DNA from: a virus
Reading direction: 5' to 3' (one strand)
Virus genome (UHGV): UHGV-0106067
Length of the DNA stretch: 62,562 nucleotides
In this document: one piece after another, positions 48,285-59,647 of the stretch
How the letters are laid out: the number at the start of each line of letters is the position of its first letter
Numbering within the stretch: position 1 is the stretch's first letter
The notes under the pieces: generated by a model
What the model was told of the DNA's origin: nothing
The model's input: the letters and a program-made list of their open reading frames with translations, nothing else
Database searches by the model: none
Position numbers and translations under genes: made by a program

Positions 48285-48426
48285 GCTTACAGTTTCATGA
48301 CGACTTTCAGTTTCAGGAATCAGCAGTTACCATGCAATACGAAAATTCTGTATTGCATCCGCGCCCTCATCTCAATATCTTTGTCGCCGGATAAAAATAA
48401 CTATCAACCACAAGTATCATGCTCTC

Positions 48427-48453
48427 GGGGAGCACGCACTCCCCAGTTTTTTA
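48427..48453 (+). terminator. plus-strand terminator-like hairpin ggggag-cacgca-ctcccc + T6 (unit 2)
   Basis: Read directly. Shares a core with unit 1. Confidence 0.4.
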
Positions 48454-48555
48454 TCTTTGACAGGGGTGAAGGAGGCCGTTGCATCTCCTTTAATTATCAT
48501 TGCCAGATTATTTCCTCGACCTGAGTATTCTTTATTTAGCCATAGCTTTGTAGCA

Positions 48556-48581
48556 AGGGGCTGGAGCGCCCCTCTTTTTTT
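48556..48581 (+). terminator. plus-strand hairpin aggggc-tggagc-gcccct + T8
   Basis: Read directly. Confidence 0.4.
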
Positions 48582-49159
48582 CACCTGTCAGCCATGCCGA
48601 CCTTATACGCCAGTATAGCTTCCGCATCACCCAGCGCTTCAATCTCTTTTTTCATCGTGCGCTGTCTGACATGAATTTCCAGACCTTTGGTAAACATCGC
48701 CTGCTCTGCAGCAGCACTCAGAGCAATCAGTGTTTCAGCGTCCATCGGTACGTCATTATTGTCCGCATCCGTCCAGAAAAACTGCTCCGGCAGTTTCCCC
48801 GCTTTCGCTGCCGCCACCGACGGCTCAAGACGCATCTGCGTTGACTTCCCGTAGTCCCATTTACGCCCATTGTGCTCAAACGTGTAGTTCGCCGCTTCCA
48901 TCGCATTACGCCAGGCGTTGATCCCGGCGGTTTTGAGTTCTCTGGCTTTTTCCGGGCTGATGGATGGCTGTACATATTCTGCAATTTCACCGGCCTCTCC
49001 TCTCAGACAAGCGGCATAAATATCCCGCCCGTATGCTTCGGTATCGCTGGCTGTTGCAGTGAAAGGAACCGCCTGCTCAATGTGCTCAAACTTCACCATG
49101 CAATTCACAGCAGTGTGATCTTTATCTGCCCATTGCGGATTGCTTATTTTTTTCCACAT
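48581..49159 (-). CDS. hypothetical protein downstream of the tail fibre (possible fibre assembly/accessory protein)
   Basis: 192-aa ORF. Confidence 0.35.
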   Translation of the reverse strand: MWKKISNPQWADKDHTAVNCMVKFEHIEQAVPFTATASDTEAYGRDIYAACLRGEAGEIAEYVQPSISPEKARELKTAGINAWRNAMEAANYTFEHNGRKWDYGKSTQMRLEPSVAAAKAGKLPEQFFWTDADNNDVPMDAETLIALSAAAEQAMFTKGLEIHVRQRTMKKEIEALGDAEAILAYKVGMADR

Positions 49160-49178
49160 TCATGTCATCTCCTGTCTG

Positions 49179-51242
49179 TCAGTATGCGCGCTGGAACAGC
49201 CCGATGCCTTCATTGTCATTTGTCGACGTAATTTCATTACACACCATCCATGAGCCCGGAACTGAGGATAGGTTGCCGTCAATGCCATCGGTGTTAGCTT
49301 TCATATAGTTCCCGCTTGCATCTTTGATTATGGCGCATCGCTTAAGGCGTGAACCCTGTACAGTTTCTCCTGGCTGATAGGTTCTGCCGATGTCGGTTGT
49401 ATACGGGGCTAGTGCGGCAATAATGTATGTTCCGATGCTGTAAATTTCCCCGGGTACCAGCCTTCCGGTTGGCCCTTGTGGTCCCTGTGGTCCGGTTTTA
49501 CCATCCAACCCGGGCAGTCCCATCGGCCCTCGCCCTCCGGCAGGGCCCTGTGGCCCCGTTTTACCCGCAGGACCTGCCGGACCAACCGGCCCCGGAACAC
49601 CCTGTGCCCCCGCTGGTCCCCTTTCACCTCGTGGCCCTGCCGGGCCTGCATCACCTTTGGGACCAGCTGCACCAGCCGGTCCCTGTGGGCCTGCGGGCCC
49701 CACTGCTCCCGCAGGTCCTGTCGCCCCCTGCAGCCCACGGAGGCCCTGCTCACCTTTCTGTCCTGCAGGCCCCTGAGGTCCGGGTTCACCGCGCTCACCT
49801 TTCGGACCTGTGGGACCTGCCGGTCCTTGCTCGCCCCTGTCACCTTTCGGTCCAGGTATGCTTTCTCCCGACGGGCGGGTTGTCGCAACCTCTTCTGCCT
49901 TCTGTTTCGCTGCCCTGGCCTCATCCATTGCCGCCTTCACAGCTTTCGGTGTGGCTGCCTTCGTTTCATCATCACTGTCCGTTGCGCTGCTTAACTGCAC
50001 AATTCCCTTCTGTGCCGTCGTCGCATCTGCCACATTTGCTGCGCTGCCCGCCGGGCCTGGCTCCCCACGAGGTCCCTGAGGTCCAGCTTCGCCTCGTTCA
50101 CCTTTCGGACCTGCCGGACCCGGTTCACCTCTCTCTCCGGCGGGGCCCTGTAATCCTTGCGGACCACGTTCCCCGGGTTCCCCTTTCGGCCCCGCAGGTC
50201 CGGTCTCACCGCGCTCTCCCTTTGCTCCTGCCGGCCCCGGCTCACCTCTCGGACCAGTATCCCCCTTTGGTCCCTGAGGCCCCCCCGGGTCTCCTTTTTC
50301 GCCTCTGGCCCCGGTTTCACCACGCGGCCCCATTGCTCCCTGTGGCCCGGTCGCACCACGTGGGCCAGATGGCCCTGTTGCGCCAGCTGGCCCCTGCACT
50401 CCCTGAGGTCCCCGTTCTCCTGTATCACCTTTCTGGCCCGGTATGCCCTGAGGTCCGCGCTCTCCCTGCTCACCTTTCTCCCCACGCGGACCCGCCGGAC
50501 CTGTTTCACCACGAGGACCAGCATCACCTTTCGGCCCTGTATCGCCTTTAGGTCCTCGTGCATTCTCAGCCATACGTCTGGCTTCTTCAGCACTAACCGT
50601 AGCAGCCTCAGCACGTTTAAGAACGTCTCCGGCGGCTTCCTGAGCCACTCTGGCGGTTTCAGCATGTTGTCTGGCCTCTTTAGCGTCAGCTGCCGCTGCC
50701 TTTTCAGACTCACCTGCCCGGGTCGCCGCCTCTGCAGCCTCACTGGCTTTTTGTGCAGACTCCGTCGCTTTGCTGGTCGCAGCCTTCGCGCTTTCTGATG
50801 CAGTCTTCGCACTGGCAGCAGCGCTTTCCTTCGACTGTGAAGCCTGATTATTTTTCACCGCCGTGTCTTCGTTCAGACGACGAATCGTGGCAAGGTCATC
50901 CGCCACATTGTTCTGTATCTGCCGGAAATCTGTCAGCAGTTCTCCGGGTATGCTCACCTCAACAAGACTGCGGCGTAACAGCATATTGAGCGTCACCGTA
51001 CTTTCAGTCCCCTCAATACGCACACGTCCGTAGACAGCAGTCTTCCCTTTCACCGTCACAGAAACCGCATACTCCCCCGGCTCCAGCGTCATTCCGTAAT
51101 ACCCGCCGTCACGAGTCACTGCTGACGCACTGGTGCCGCTGAGCGCATCCGGTGAAACTGTCAGCGCCGTCAGGGTAATATTTGCGCCTGATATCGCCTC
51201 ACCATCAGGAGATTTCAGCGTCCCCGAAACAACAACACTCAC
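49179..51242 (-). CDS. collagen-like tail fibre protein (long Gly-X-Y triple-helix repeat region)
   Basis: Hundreds of GPxGxxG repeats ([31 protein letters not shown]...). Confidence 0.75.
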   Translation of the reverse strand: MSVVVSGTLKSPDGEAISGANITLTALTVSPDALSGTSASAVTRDGGYYGMTLEPGEYAVSVTVKGKTAVYGRVRIEGTESTVTLNMLLRRSLVEVSIPGELLTDFRQIQNNVADDLATIRRLNEDTAVKNNQASQSKESAAASAKTASESAKAATSKATESAQKASEAAEAATRAGESEKAAAADAKEARQHAETARVAQEAAGDVLKRAEAATVSAEEARRMAENARGPKGDTGPKGDAGPRGETGPAGPRGEKGEQGERGPQGIPGQKGDTGERGPQGVQGPAGATGPSGPRGATGPQGAMGPRGETGARGEKGDPGGPQGPKGDTGPRGEPGPAGAKGERGETGPAGPKGEPGERGPQGLQGPAGERGEPGPAGPKGERGEAGPQGPRGEPGPAGSAANVADATTAQKGIVQLSSATDSDDETKAATPKAVKAAMDEARAAKQKAEEVATTRPSGESIPGPKGDRGEQGPAGPTGPKGERGEPGPQGPAGQKGEQGLRGLQGATGPAGAVGPAGPQGPAGAAGPKGDAGPAGPRGERGPAGAQGVPGPVGPAGPAGKTGPQGPAGGRGPMGLPGLDGKTGPQGPQGPTGRLVPGEIYSIGTYIIAALAPYTTDIGRTYQPGETVQGSRLKRCAIIKDASGNYMKANTDGIDGNLSSVPGSWMVCNEITSTNDNEGIGLFQRAY

Positions 51243-51889
51243 ATTTCACCTCCGTTAAACACCTTCTTGCGGGCCGACAATGTACTGTCAGCCCCCTGTT
51301 TAATCCCGAGCTGCTCAACAAAACTCTGATAATGTTGTGCTGCCAGTCCTGACTCTGCACCACCGGCAGCATCCTTACTGAATGCGCGGAACAACATCCA
51401 GTCAACCAGCGGGTTAACATAAGCCTCTTCCAGCGGTACAGGCGTGTCATCATCCTGCGTCAGAACATACACCGCCTCCGGAATGCGGCTGACCACAGCA
51501 TCAACACTCACAGCCTCCTCCGGTGCCGGAAACAGCCAGAACACGCGCGGGGCAAGGTCACTGCTGATAAAGCATTCCGGTTTCCCCCTCAGCATGTGCC
51601 AGTCGGGATACTGTGCATCAAGCACCTTACGGGATTGCGGTTTTATAGCACTGCCATCGCTGAGGCATATCACGTCAAGAAGCTGTATTGCGCCATCAGG
51701 CAAAGTCTGACGTGCACCAGGAACACAATTCAGCGTCTCCAGACTTGCGCCTGCATCCGGCCTTGCCAGAATCACCGCCCGCACAGCATCATTGTAATAA
51801 TCACACAGCTCAGCCAGAGGCCAGCGCACCATCATCGGGTCAACCAGTTGCGTGTTCACTCGTCCGATGATTTCAGTAATCGTCGTCAT
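51239..51889 (-). CDS. virion morphogenesis protein
   Basis: 216-aa ORF, overlapping stops in the late operon. Confidence 0.35.
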   Translation of the reverse strand: MTTITEIIGRVNTQLVDPMMVRWPLAELCDYYNDAVRAVILARPDAGASLETLNCVPGARQTLPDGAIQLLDVICLSDGSAIKPQSRKVLDAQYPDWHMLRGKPECFISSDLAPRVFWLFPAPEEAVSVDAVVSRIPEAVYVLTQDDDTPVPLEEAYVNPLVDWMLFRAFSKDAAGGAESGLAAQHYQSFVEQLGIKQGADSTLSARKKVFNGGEM

Positions 51890-52512
51890 CAGTAAAACCT
51901 TTGTCTGCGGACAGGATTGCGGTATGAGGAGTACGGACTTGTCGCCAGTGTGTCGCGATATGCCCGACGGATACCCTCAGAAAACAGCACAGAGAAATAC
52001 TGTGCGCGCGACGGGTCTGACCATGAAACCCCGGTCTGCATGAACAACCGTTCAAGCGCCCCTGCAGCCACTTCTTCAGACCATGCCCGCAGTTCATCCT
52101 GCACCTGACGGCTCCCTGCTTTCGGAGCAACGGCATAAAGCACACTCACCTCTCCGGGCGAACAGGCAAAATGCATTACCCGCCCCGGGCGGATTTCCAC
52201 ATCATGACCGGCAAAAAGCTCACGCCCGTCAGCGAGGATACGAATAATATGTACGCACTCTTCATTCTCCGCGTCATATGGCAGCACACAGTCCTCTCCG
52301 GCTGACGGTGACAGCGTGGCTTCACGGCGGCACAACAGGGACTGACGGCAGAATGCCACTGCCGACATGGATAACGCATCCGTCATCATAATGTTCAGCG
52401 GACCACTGATATGGCGACGGACATACGGTAAAAAATCAGTCAGTTCCGCCATGCTGTTCAGTCTCCGCAACACGACGGCGAAATGCCTCACGCACACGGA
52501 CACGAAATGCAT
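51889..52512 (-). CDS. virion morphogenesis protein
   Basis: 207-aa ORF. Confidence 0.35.
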   Translation of the reverse strand: MHFVSVCVRHFAVVLRRLNSMAELTDFLPYVRRHISGPLNIMMTDALSMSAVAFCRQSLLCRREATLSPSAGEDCVLPYDAENEECVHIIRILADGRELFAGHDVEIRPGRVMHFACSPGEVSVLYAVAPKAGSRQVQDELRAWSEEVAAGALERLFMQTGVSWSDPSRAQYFSVLFSEGIRRAYRDTLATSPYSSYRNPVRRQRFY

Positions 52513-52897
52513 CAGCCGTTTCTTTCGGGTCTTTGTGAATATTCAGCTCTTCTGCCTCACACAACGTTGCCAGCCGTGCGGACGTGAGTTTGCTCAAATC
52601 CACATCCTGACCACCAACGCTAACCACAAAACTGTTCTCCGCTTCTGCAAGAGCAACCTGTTCTCTTTCCTGCGCCTGCTGTGCCTGCCGCAACTGCTCA
52701 TCCTGTTGTTGCTTTTTGAGCACACCATCAAGCTCTTCATGACGAACCCAGACATCCGGAAAGGCCAGCAACTGCCAGGCAAGCGCGCTGTCAACATGCA
52801 CCGGCTCAAGACGCGGGAACAGTGTACGACTCCCGGTAAGGGTATCCTTTTTCACGGGTTTGGGGCCGATATAGACAACGGCAATTTTCTCGCTCAT
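52436..52897 (-). CDS. virion morphogenesis protein
   Basis: 153-aa ORF. Confidence 0.35.
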   Translation of the reverse strand: MSEKIAVVYIGPKPVKKDTLTGSRTLFPRLEPVHVDSALAWQLLAFPDVWVRHEELDGVLKKQQQDEQLRQAQQAQEREQVALAEAENSFVVSVGGQDVDLSKLTSARLATLCEAEELNIHKDPKETADAFRVRVREAFRRRVAETEQHGGTD

Positions 52898-52947
52898 ATA
52901 ATTCCCCGGATAAAAAAGCCCGCATGACGCGGGCCGGAAGGTTTATA

Positions 52948-53340
52948 TCAGTATCCCACCACGGTATAACGCAGCAGAACATTCAGGGTACCGGTCGCAG
53001 CAGCTGTCTTAATGGTGACCGTAACCAGCTCTCCATCACTCTGTGTGGTGTACGGCTCCACTGGCACATATTTAGCAAAGCTGGCAGTTACTGCACCACT
53101 GTCACCAATGAGCTCATGCTTGCCAGATTTAACGCTGACGGTCGCCGTACCACCAAGACCACCTTTTGAAATCAGTTGGATCCCATTAATGCGAACGCCA
53201 GTCGGCAGTGAGAGAAGATTAATAACGGTTTCCTGTTCGGCAGCATTCACTGTAAACACACCTTCTGCCACCGACTCATTACCATGCGTACCTGAATAAA
53301 CCCGCTCACTCAGTGACGGAGCAAGGATAGTCTTTGCCAT
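52948..53340 (-). CDS. small virion structural protein (beta-rich)
   Basis: 130-aa ORF downstream of the capsid gene. Confidence 0.4.
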   Translation of the reverse strand: MAKTILAPSLSERVYSGTHGNESVAEGVFTVNAAEQETVINLLSLPTGVRINGIQLISKGGLGGTATVSVKSGKHELIGDSGAVTASFAKYVPVEPYTTQSDGELVTVTIKTAAATGTLNVLLRYTVVGY

Positions 53341-53394
53341 AATTAATGACTCCTGAAAAAGCCGGGCGATAACCCGGCATGGGGAAAGGAAAAA

Positions 53395-54609
53395 TCACAG
53401 CTTCACTGCGGTATCAACGGCAATAACACCGTGATCCTGCATCTTGCCGCTCTTCTCGGGGAAACGGATTTTTTTCAGACCGTTGATCCAGCTGATTGCT
53501 ATCTCAGTACGGTTATCCATATCCGTTTTCTTCTCAACCATGTTGAAGTGGCCGCCGCCCTTCTGGCCGTACGCATTCGCCAGCGCCTGAGCCCCCAGCA
53601 GCATGGCACGGTCGATGTTGGTCTTGGCCTGCTTCTCCTCTGTGGTTGCTGCCATATCGTTTTTCGATACAAGGACCTTTGAGTCCTTATAGAAACGGAT
53701 CGGCATCCCCGCATACTTACGGACCAGAATATTGCGCCACATCGCACATTCGCCTTTGAACAGCGGATGGTTAAACCCTTTTGAGCGGTTTACGGCACGC
53801 GTCATCATCTGGTTCCAGTCCTTGCCGGACGTGGAGGTGTACCAGTCATTCCACTGACGCGGCGTGACGTAGAGGACGTAATACGGATCTTCGCCATACA
53901 GCTCATCACCGGACAGGCGTACCGGTTGTAACGGATGAGCCATCTCGTCAATAAACAACGAGAGATTATCGACCAGCGCAAGAGTGAACAGGTCAGACTG
54001 GTCAATACTCTCAAAACTCGTCGCATCCCCACCGAAAAAATGACGATCATGCGTCGGCGGCAGTACGTCGTTGATCATGATTTTTTTGAATTCAGGGTGA
54101 TCTGCCGTTGGCAGAATGGTGTCATCAGCAACAAAATCACCGCGGGCACCGGCAAGATGCACTATCGCACACTGGTCCTGCAGGTCGTTAAAGTACGTAC
54201 CCAGCAGCGTTCTGGCAGAGGATGCCAGGTTGAACTTCGTACGCTGTTGGCTCATACGTCCGCCCGCATCCACCAGGTGACGGCCCTGATTAATTTTCAG
54301 GGAAAAATCAGCATGGCTGAGGTCTTCACCACGGCCTTCAACGCGCTCATCCCCCATCGTCGGACGTTTAGAGAGTTTGTGCATGATGCTGAACGTCACT
54401 TCATCACCGGCCTGTTTGTTGAGGTCCGTGATTCGCACAACCGGTGCACCGGCACTGGTCTGCTTCGTGCTTTTCTTGTCAGGCGAAACTGCTTTTGGTG
54501 CATCCTGCTGTTCAGTGAGTATATTCACCATTGAGCGGTTGCGGTTGGCAGCCGTGAAAAGCGCCACCTGATACAGCTTATTCGCCTGGGCTGTTGTTAC
54601 TGTGGTCAT
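53395..54609 (-). CDS. major capsid protein
   Basis: 404 aa. Sits after the portal and scaffold genes in the standard order. Confidence 0.55.
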   Translation of the reverse strand: MTTVTTAQANKLYQVALFTAANRNRSMVNILTEQQDAPKAVSPDKKSTKQTSAGAPVVRITDLNKQAGDEVTFSIMHKLSKRPTMGDERVEGRGEDLSHADFSLKINQGRHLVDAGGRMSQQRTKFNLASSARTLLGTYFNDLQDQCAIVHLAGARGDFVADDTILPTADHPEFKKIMINDVLPPTHDRHFFGGDATSFESIDQSDLFTLALVDNLSLFIDEMAHPLQPVRLSGDELYGEDPYYVLYVTPRQWNDWYTSTSGKDWNQMMTRAVNRSKGFNHPLFKGECAMWRNILVRKYAGMPIRFYKDSKVLVSKNDMAATTEEKQAKTNIDRAMLLGAQALANAYGQKGGGHFNMVEKKTDMDNRTEIAISWINGLKKIRFPEKSGKMQDHGVIAVDTAVKL

Positions 54610-54631
54610 TACGTCAGTACTCCTTCAGTGG

Positions 54632-55639
54632 TTACCCGAGTTTTTCCAGAATCGCGTCAATTTCAGCGTCCGTCATGCCTCGCATGGCTGCTTCAATTTC
54701 GGTATGGGAAGCACCAAGTAACCGTTCAAAATTATCACCGGTTCCGACGGAAGCCGTGTTGCCAAGCTCTGACGGGGAAGCAGGCACTGCCATCTCCCGT
54801 TCAGCGGCTTTCACTTTTTCTTCCGCCGTTTTCCGGATATCCGTGTTGTCTGCCTTGTCATCAGAAGGCGGCTCACTGGCTTCACCAAAAGCGAGCTGCG
54901 TACGGCGGGCCACTTCGGCGAAACGTTCAGTGAGCGGTTTGTCTTTCCATGCGGGGTCATTCTGGAGCTTCCCGTCGATGGATACGGCAACCGAGAAGCG
55001 ATCCGGATCGGAGTTCTGCCACGTTTTCAGCACCGGCACGGCATTCATCGCATCAAGAACCGGTGATAAATCCTCACCACCATGACCTTCTGCCTGCTGT
55101 GCTGATTGCTGAACACGGGACTGGAGATAGTTATTTTTACGGATGAGCGAAGCCACCGCGTCACCAATTTCCGGATACATATCCCTGATACGGGCAATCT
55201 TCTCATCAGAGATTTTTTCGTTTTCCGGTAACGGTGCGGGTTTCATACCGGCCTGGTGGATCTGAGACGTCAGCAGTTCAACCAGGCGTTTTTCTTCGGC
55301 TATCTGTCCCCGAAGAAGTGCGGCTTCCTGTTCGGCCCGCTGCTTACCGGAACGTTCAGCCTCAAGGACTTCATAGGGAATGACGTGTTTACCATCGCGG
55401 GTGAGCACACCCTTCGCCTCCGGCTCCTTCACGTCCTGCGTCTGCTCAGCACTGGCATCCGGCGTCGGTGCCGCAGTGTTATCGCCCGTCTGTGTCTGTG
55501 CTGCCTCATCCGCATGATTTTCTGTGGCGGCCTCTGTCACGCCGTCCTGTTCGTGACCGTCAATATCCACATCCCCAAGTCCTTCCAGCATTTTTTCCAG
55601 TTGTTCCGGGGTTTCTTCACCCGTAAATTCAAAATCCAT
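54632..55639 (-). CDS. scaffolding protein (acidic, coiled-coil)
   Basis: 335 aa, Glu/Ala/Gln-rich. Confidence 0.5.
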   Translation of the reverse strand: MDFEFTGEETPEQLEKMLEGLGDVDIDGHEQDGVTEAATENHADEAAQTQTGDNTAAPTPDASAEQTQDVKEPEAKGVLTRDGKHVIPYEVLEAERSGKQRAEQEAALLRGQIAEEKRLVELLTSQIHQAGMKPAPLPENEKISDEKIARIRDMYPEIGDAVASLIRKNNYLQSRVQQSAQQAEGHGGEDLSPVLDAMNAVPVLKTWQNSDPDRFSVAVSIDGKLQNDPAWKDKPLTERFAEVARRTQLAFGEASEPPSDDKADNTDIRKTAEEKVKAAEREMAVPASPSELGNTASVGTGDNFERLLGASHTEIEAAMRGMTDAEIDAILEKLG

Positions 55640-55796
55640 AAATAACTCCGCATGGTCTGTTTATCGGACAGATCCGAATGGTTGAGTAAATAAGGCTTAT
55701 CGCTGCCCCCGCGAATAAGCGCACCGCTCCCGGAACGCTTATCTCCGGAAACAAAAAACCCCGTACGATGACGGGGTTCCGTTAAGTTCAGGATTT

Positions 55797-57941
55797 TCAG
55801 AGCGGCATTTCATGCATCCGCTGTTGTAGTGTATGCAGCATCTGTTGCTGAAGAACTTCCTGCTCCTGTTCCATATTCTGTATGCCGGTAATGATTTCTG
55901 CCGTATGTGCCTGGTTAAGCGCATCCACATAACGCTGTCCCTGTGCCGCGGCGACATCCCGTTGTGCGCCAGCATTATCCCGTTGCGCAGCCGCGCGTGC
56001 CCTGGCAGCTTCTGCTTCCAGTTTAGCCACCCGGCCTGTCATTTCGCGCATCTGAAGTTCTGCCTGCTGTTGCTCCAGCGCTTGCTGTTGTGCTGCCGCT
56101 TCCTGCTCTTCCGGAGTCATCTCATCCGGTGATTTTGGCGTCCCCAGCGCCGCACGAATACGTTCGACAAATTCCTGTTTCTGCGGCACATCCAGAAGAT
56201 TAACCCACAGATCGAGCACAACAGCCTGCACCTGAGGCGGCAGCCCCTGAATAACCTCTGACATTCTCTGTGCAAGCTGTGCCTTAAACGCCGGTGTCTG
56301 CTGAACAGGAGCCAGCGCAATATGTGTATTTAACCTTGAAATATCATTGGTCAGTTCACCATTATCACCTTCAGCATTGAGGACAATGGTCTGGCGACGC
56401 TGACGATCATCGCGATTAATCACCACCGCATGATTGCGCCGCTTTTTCAGGTCATCAAGAAGATAAGCGAGCAACAGCCTTCCCACCTGCTGGCAGGCAA
56501 ACTGGTAGTTATCGTTGATTTCGGCAAGGGTTGTGGCTCCCTGCTCCACCAGGTTGCTGATCGCCACACCGGACGATGCATTTGAATCCTGCCCGAGAAA
56601 TGCGGAATAAACCCCCATCGTGTCCTGGATAAGTTTTTCCGACTCCTGCATGACCTGAAACTGCTGGCTGGCAACCTGAAAATCCTGTTCAACCCGGAAA
56701 ACATCAGCAACGCTTTTCTGATTTTTTCGGGCCGGATTCAGTTTAATAATGCCATCCGGACGCTCGATCTGCTCCATCAGCTCGTTGTCTGACAACTGGG
56801 TGGCATCCTCGTCCATAATCACGCGTTTGGCCTGAAGCAACCACGTCAGTTTTATACGACGAAAATTCACCTCATCCTGTGCCGGAATGGCCCGGGAAAT
56901 CAGCCCGTAAGGCTCCCCGGTTTTATCCTTCCGGTATCCCCAGAAGGGAACCAGCGGGAACATCCCCTGCGGCGCACTGCAGGGGCGATCCACAATAAAG
57001 TGCGGTCCCACAAACCAGGCTTCACGAATACGACTTACCCGCCCGACTCTCACCTGCACCCGCCCGGATGCCACAGCCACCGCATGCATCAGATTATTTT
57101 TATCAAAGGCCACCACCCGTCCATTACTGAGTTCAATCACCGGAAGACGCTCGAATGTACGGTAATAAACCACCTGAAGCAGCACACGACGGCGTTCACG
57201 CTGAAGCCATTCGTTCTGCTGTCGATCCCATGACTGATACTCTTCCCATGCACTCATCAACGGACTGGGCTGGCCTTCAGTAACCGTGGTATCGACAAAA
57301 CCACGCCAGTCATCAATGGCATAATCGATAACCTGAGCCATTCCCGGAAATGTGGCTTTTGCCTCATCGGTATCCATCCAGCGGCGGCGCATCAGCCAGC
57401 GGCAGTCACTTAAATCAGCCTCCCGGCTGAGCCAGTCCCAGAACACTTCATTCCGGCTGACAGTAGACACCTTAAACTCAGGCCCGAACGGATCGCTGTT
57501 CCGTCTGACCTCCACCCAGCTGAGCCCCGCTTTGATTTGTTCCGCATAGGCATCAGAACGGGCTTTATTCATATTTCCAAGGCGGCAAGCATCGGCAAAT
57601 TCAGCATTAATAGCTTCAGCCAGTTTTTCTGTTTCATCATCAGGATCATCTGATATCACCAACAGATCAGTCCGCGTTTTGGCCTCCATACCCAGAACAC
57701 CATCAACGGTAGGCGCGATGAGGTTATGGATGGTCATCGGCTGACCGCGATCTTTCAACACCTGGAGAACTTCCAGTGGCAACTGGTCACCATCGTAATA
57801 CGCACAGGCCTTGTTTGCGGCATCGCGCCATTTAGGCTGACTGTCAATATCAGAACAAAGCGCCTGTAACTGGCGCTGAGAAAAACGCGGCGTGGCTCCG
57901 TTGTCGTTTTTCGTCGCCATGGTATTAGTTTCATTTTTCAT
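55797..57941 (-). CDS. portal protein
   Basis: 714 aa, directly downstream of terL. Confidence 0.6.
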   Translation of the reverse strand: MKNETNTMATKNDNGATPRFSQRQLQALCSDIDSQPKWRDAANKACAYYDGDQLPLEVLQVLKDRGQPMTIHNLIAPTVDGVLGMEAKTRTDLLVISDDPDDETEKLAEAINAEFADACRLGNMNKARSDAYAEQIKAGLSWVEVRRNSDPFGPEFKVSTVSRNEVFWDWLSREADLSDCRWLMRRRWMDTDEAKATFPGMAQVIDYAIDDWRGFVDTTVTEGQPSPLMSAWEEYQSWDRQQNEWLQRERRRVLLQVVYYRTFERLPVIELSNGRVVAFDKNNLMHAVAVASGRVQVRVGRVSRIREAWFVGPHFIVDRPCSAPQGMFPLVPFWGYRKDKTGEPYGLISRAIPAQDEVNFRRIKLTWLLQAKRVIMDEDATQLSDNELMEQIERPDGIIKLNPARKNQKSVADVFRVEQDFQVASQQFQVMQESEKLIQDTMGVYSAFLGQDSNASSGVAISNLVEQGATTLAEINDNYQFACQQVGRLLLAYLLDDLKKRRNHAVVINRDDRQRRQTIVLNAEGDNGELTNDISRLNTHIALAPVQQTPAFKAQLAQRMSEVIQGLPPQVQAVVLDLWVNLLDVPQKQEFVERIRAALGTPKSPDEMTPEEQEAAAQQQALEQQQAELQMREMTGRVAKLEAEAARARAAAQRDNAGAQRDVAAAQGQRYVDALNQAHTAEIITGIQNMEQEQEVLQQQMLHTLQQRMHEMPL

Positions 57942-59647
57942 CAGTGAGCCATCCAGTGTGTGGTTCTGCGTTTATCCGTTTTCTGTTTTACCCTCACCGG
58001 CATTCTGGCGCGCATCTCCTGGGCAATCATGTAGCTCATAAGCTGATCATCAAAACAGCCTTCCTGTGCATTCATGGAGCCTTTCGCGTCATAAACGTAG
58101 GTGTTCATTTCTGATAATGTGCCCGACCAGCGGATCCCCGACAGGCCGTTATTCAGCAGCGTTTTCATTCCCTCTGTCAGGACCGGTTTACTCTGGCGGG
58201 TTGTCAGCCAGCCAAGACGGGGCGTATCGTCGTCATATGCCTGGTCAAGGTGCTGTTCGTTGTAGATATAACGCGTCGGATAGAGTTCCCTGAGTTTCAG
58301 GATAACGGCATGTCCGTGATTGTTACGCTCCGGCCCCACAAACGCATTGTTGTACATACGGCAGACCTGCGCAATGAGATGAGCGAAAAGCTCCGCATCG
58401 AGATGACCAAACCAGTGAGCCACCTGCTCACCATTACTGCATCTGATGATATCCAGCGATGAGCGGTCTCCGTGCTCCAGCCCCTCAGCGGTATCCGCTC
58501 CGCATACATACTCTTCATCCGGATCCGGCAGCTCCCAGACCAGCAGATAATTCATCAGCGTCCGGTGCTGTTCGGCTTTATTCCCGTCACGCAGAGACTG
58601 CGCCTTGGTCTTCGTTCCTGTAACCGGTTCAATGTCATAAACAATCAGCGGTGGCGAACAGAATGACTCTGCCTGCAGCGTGCTTTCCGCACTGAACACC
58701 CGTCGTCCTGACGTCAGAAACGCCTCCTGTGGCGTTGAGGGAAATTCCTGCTTCATTTCCTCACGCTGTTCAGTTTCCTTGCAGATGTACCAGTGTTTCT
58801 GCTCATCGGTAAGCGTGATGTTCATTGCTTTTTCAACCGCAGAAAAATACGCTGTTTTTTCCCGTGACAGCTTAAGTCCGCTTTCCGGCACTCTGGCGCT
58901 GTATTTGAGATCCTGCCACCAGGCGTAAAAATGGAATTTATAATCCTGTGGCGTCAGCGCCAGCCCTGATGCAGTGATTTCCTGTGCCCGGTTACTCATC
59001 TCGTAAAAATCGCCACCCACACCTTCAGCAGTGGATTCATCAAAAATAATGCACTCATCAGAGACGGCATTAAGTGTACCGGTTCGCAGTTCTTTCGCCT
59101 TAGCCGGATATTTTGCGCAAATTTTGCCGTGCTCTGAGATATGCAGGCGCTGCACCGTACCTGAACGGAATGAGGTTGCCACCTGGATACTCGAGCCGTG
59201 ACCAAACAGGATATAGCCACCGCTGGCTCCGCTACGACGTTCAACGATGGTGAATGAGGCTCTCAGCCAGTCAGGAAGATGATCAAACGGTACAGCAATT
59301 TTGGTGCGGAAAATTTCACTGGCAGCCTGTTTATCCTGAGCGACAATCCCGCATTTGAGATGCGGTATGAATAATGCCTGGTCGAGAAGATAAATATCAA
59401 TGGCTGTGGAAAATCCCAGCTGGCGCGCTTTCAGGATAATGTTTTTATTATGCATGTTACGAAACAACTGACGTTGCGCCGGTCGCATTCTGAAGGTGAC
59501 CAGTTCACCTTTTTCGTTCTGTATTTTGTAGAGATGATTGAGGCGCCACCAGGGATTGCTCAGTTTTGTCATAATGAACAGACGTTGTTCGGTCTCAGTC
59601 ATTTCTGCAGATTCATCACATCGCGGTTTATTCTTCCGGAATGTCAT
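57941..59647 (-). CDS. terL: terminase large subunit
   Basis: 568 aa. ATPase and nuclease halves in the usual order. Overlaps the terS end. Confidence 0.75.
   Translation of the reverse strand: MTFRKNKPRCDESAEMTETEQRLFIMTKLSNPWWRLNHLYKIQNEKGELVTFRMRPAQRQLFRNMHNKNIILKARQLGFSTAIDIYLLDQALFIPHLKCGIVAQDKQAASEIFRTKIAVPFDHLPDWLRASFTIVERRSGASGGYILFGHGSSIQVATSFRSGTVQRLHISEHGKICAKYPAKAKELRTGTLNAVSDECIIFDESTAEGVGGDFYEMSNRAQEITASGLALTPQDYKFHFYAWWQDLKYSARVPESGLKLSREKTAYFSAVEKAMNITLTDEQKHWYICKETEQREEMKQEFPSTPQEAFLTSGRRVFSAESTLQAESFCSPPLIVYDIEPVTGTKTKAQSLRDGNKAEQHRTLMNYLLVWELPDPDEEYVCGADTAEGLEHGDRSSLDIIRCSNGEQVAHWFGHLDAELFAHLIAQVCRMYNNAFVGPERNNHGHAVILKLRELYPTRYIYNEQHLDQAYDDDTPRLGWLTTRQSKPVLTEGMKTLLNNGLSGIRWSGTLSEMNTYVYDAKGSMNAQEGCFDDQLMSYMIAQEMRARMPVRVKQKTDKRRTTHWMAH

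Noticed and set aside
49409..50812. Multiple long ORFs on both strands (49409..49924, 49427..50551, 49476..49994, 49991..50812, 50157..50798)
   Set aside because: All lie inside the collagen-like tail fibre gene. The GC-rich Gly-X-Y repeat lacks stops in several frames, so these are artefacts.
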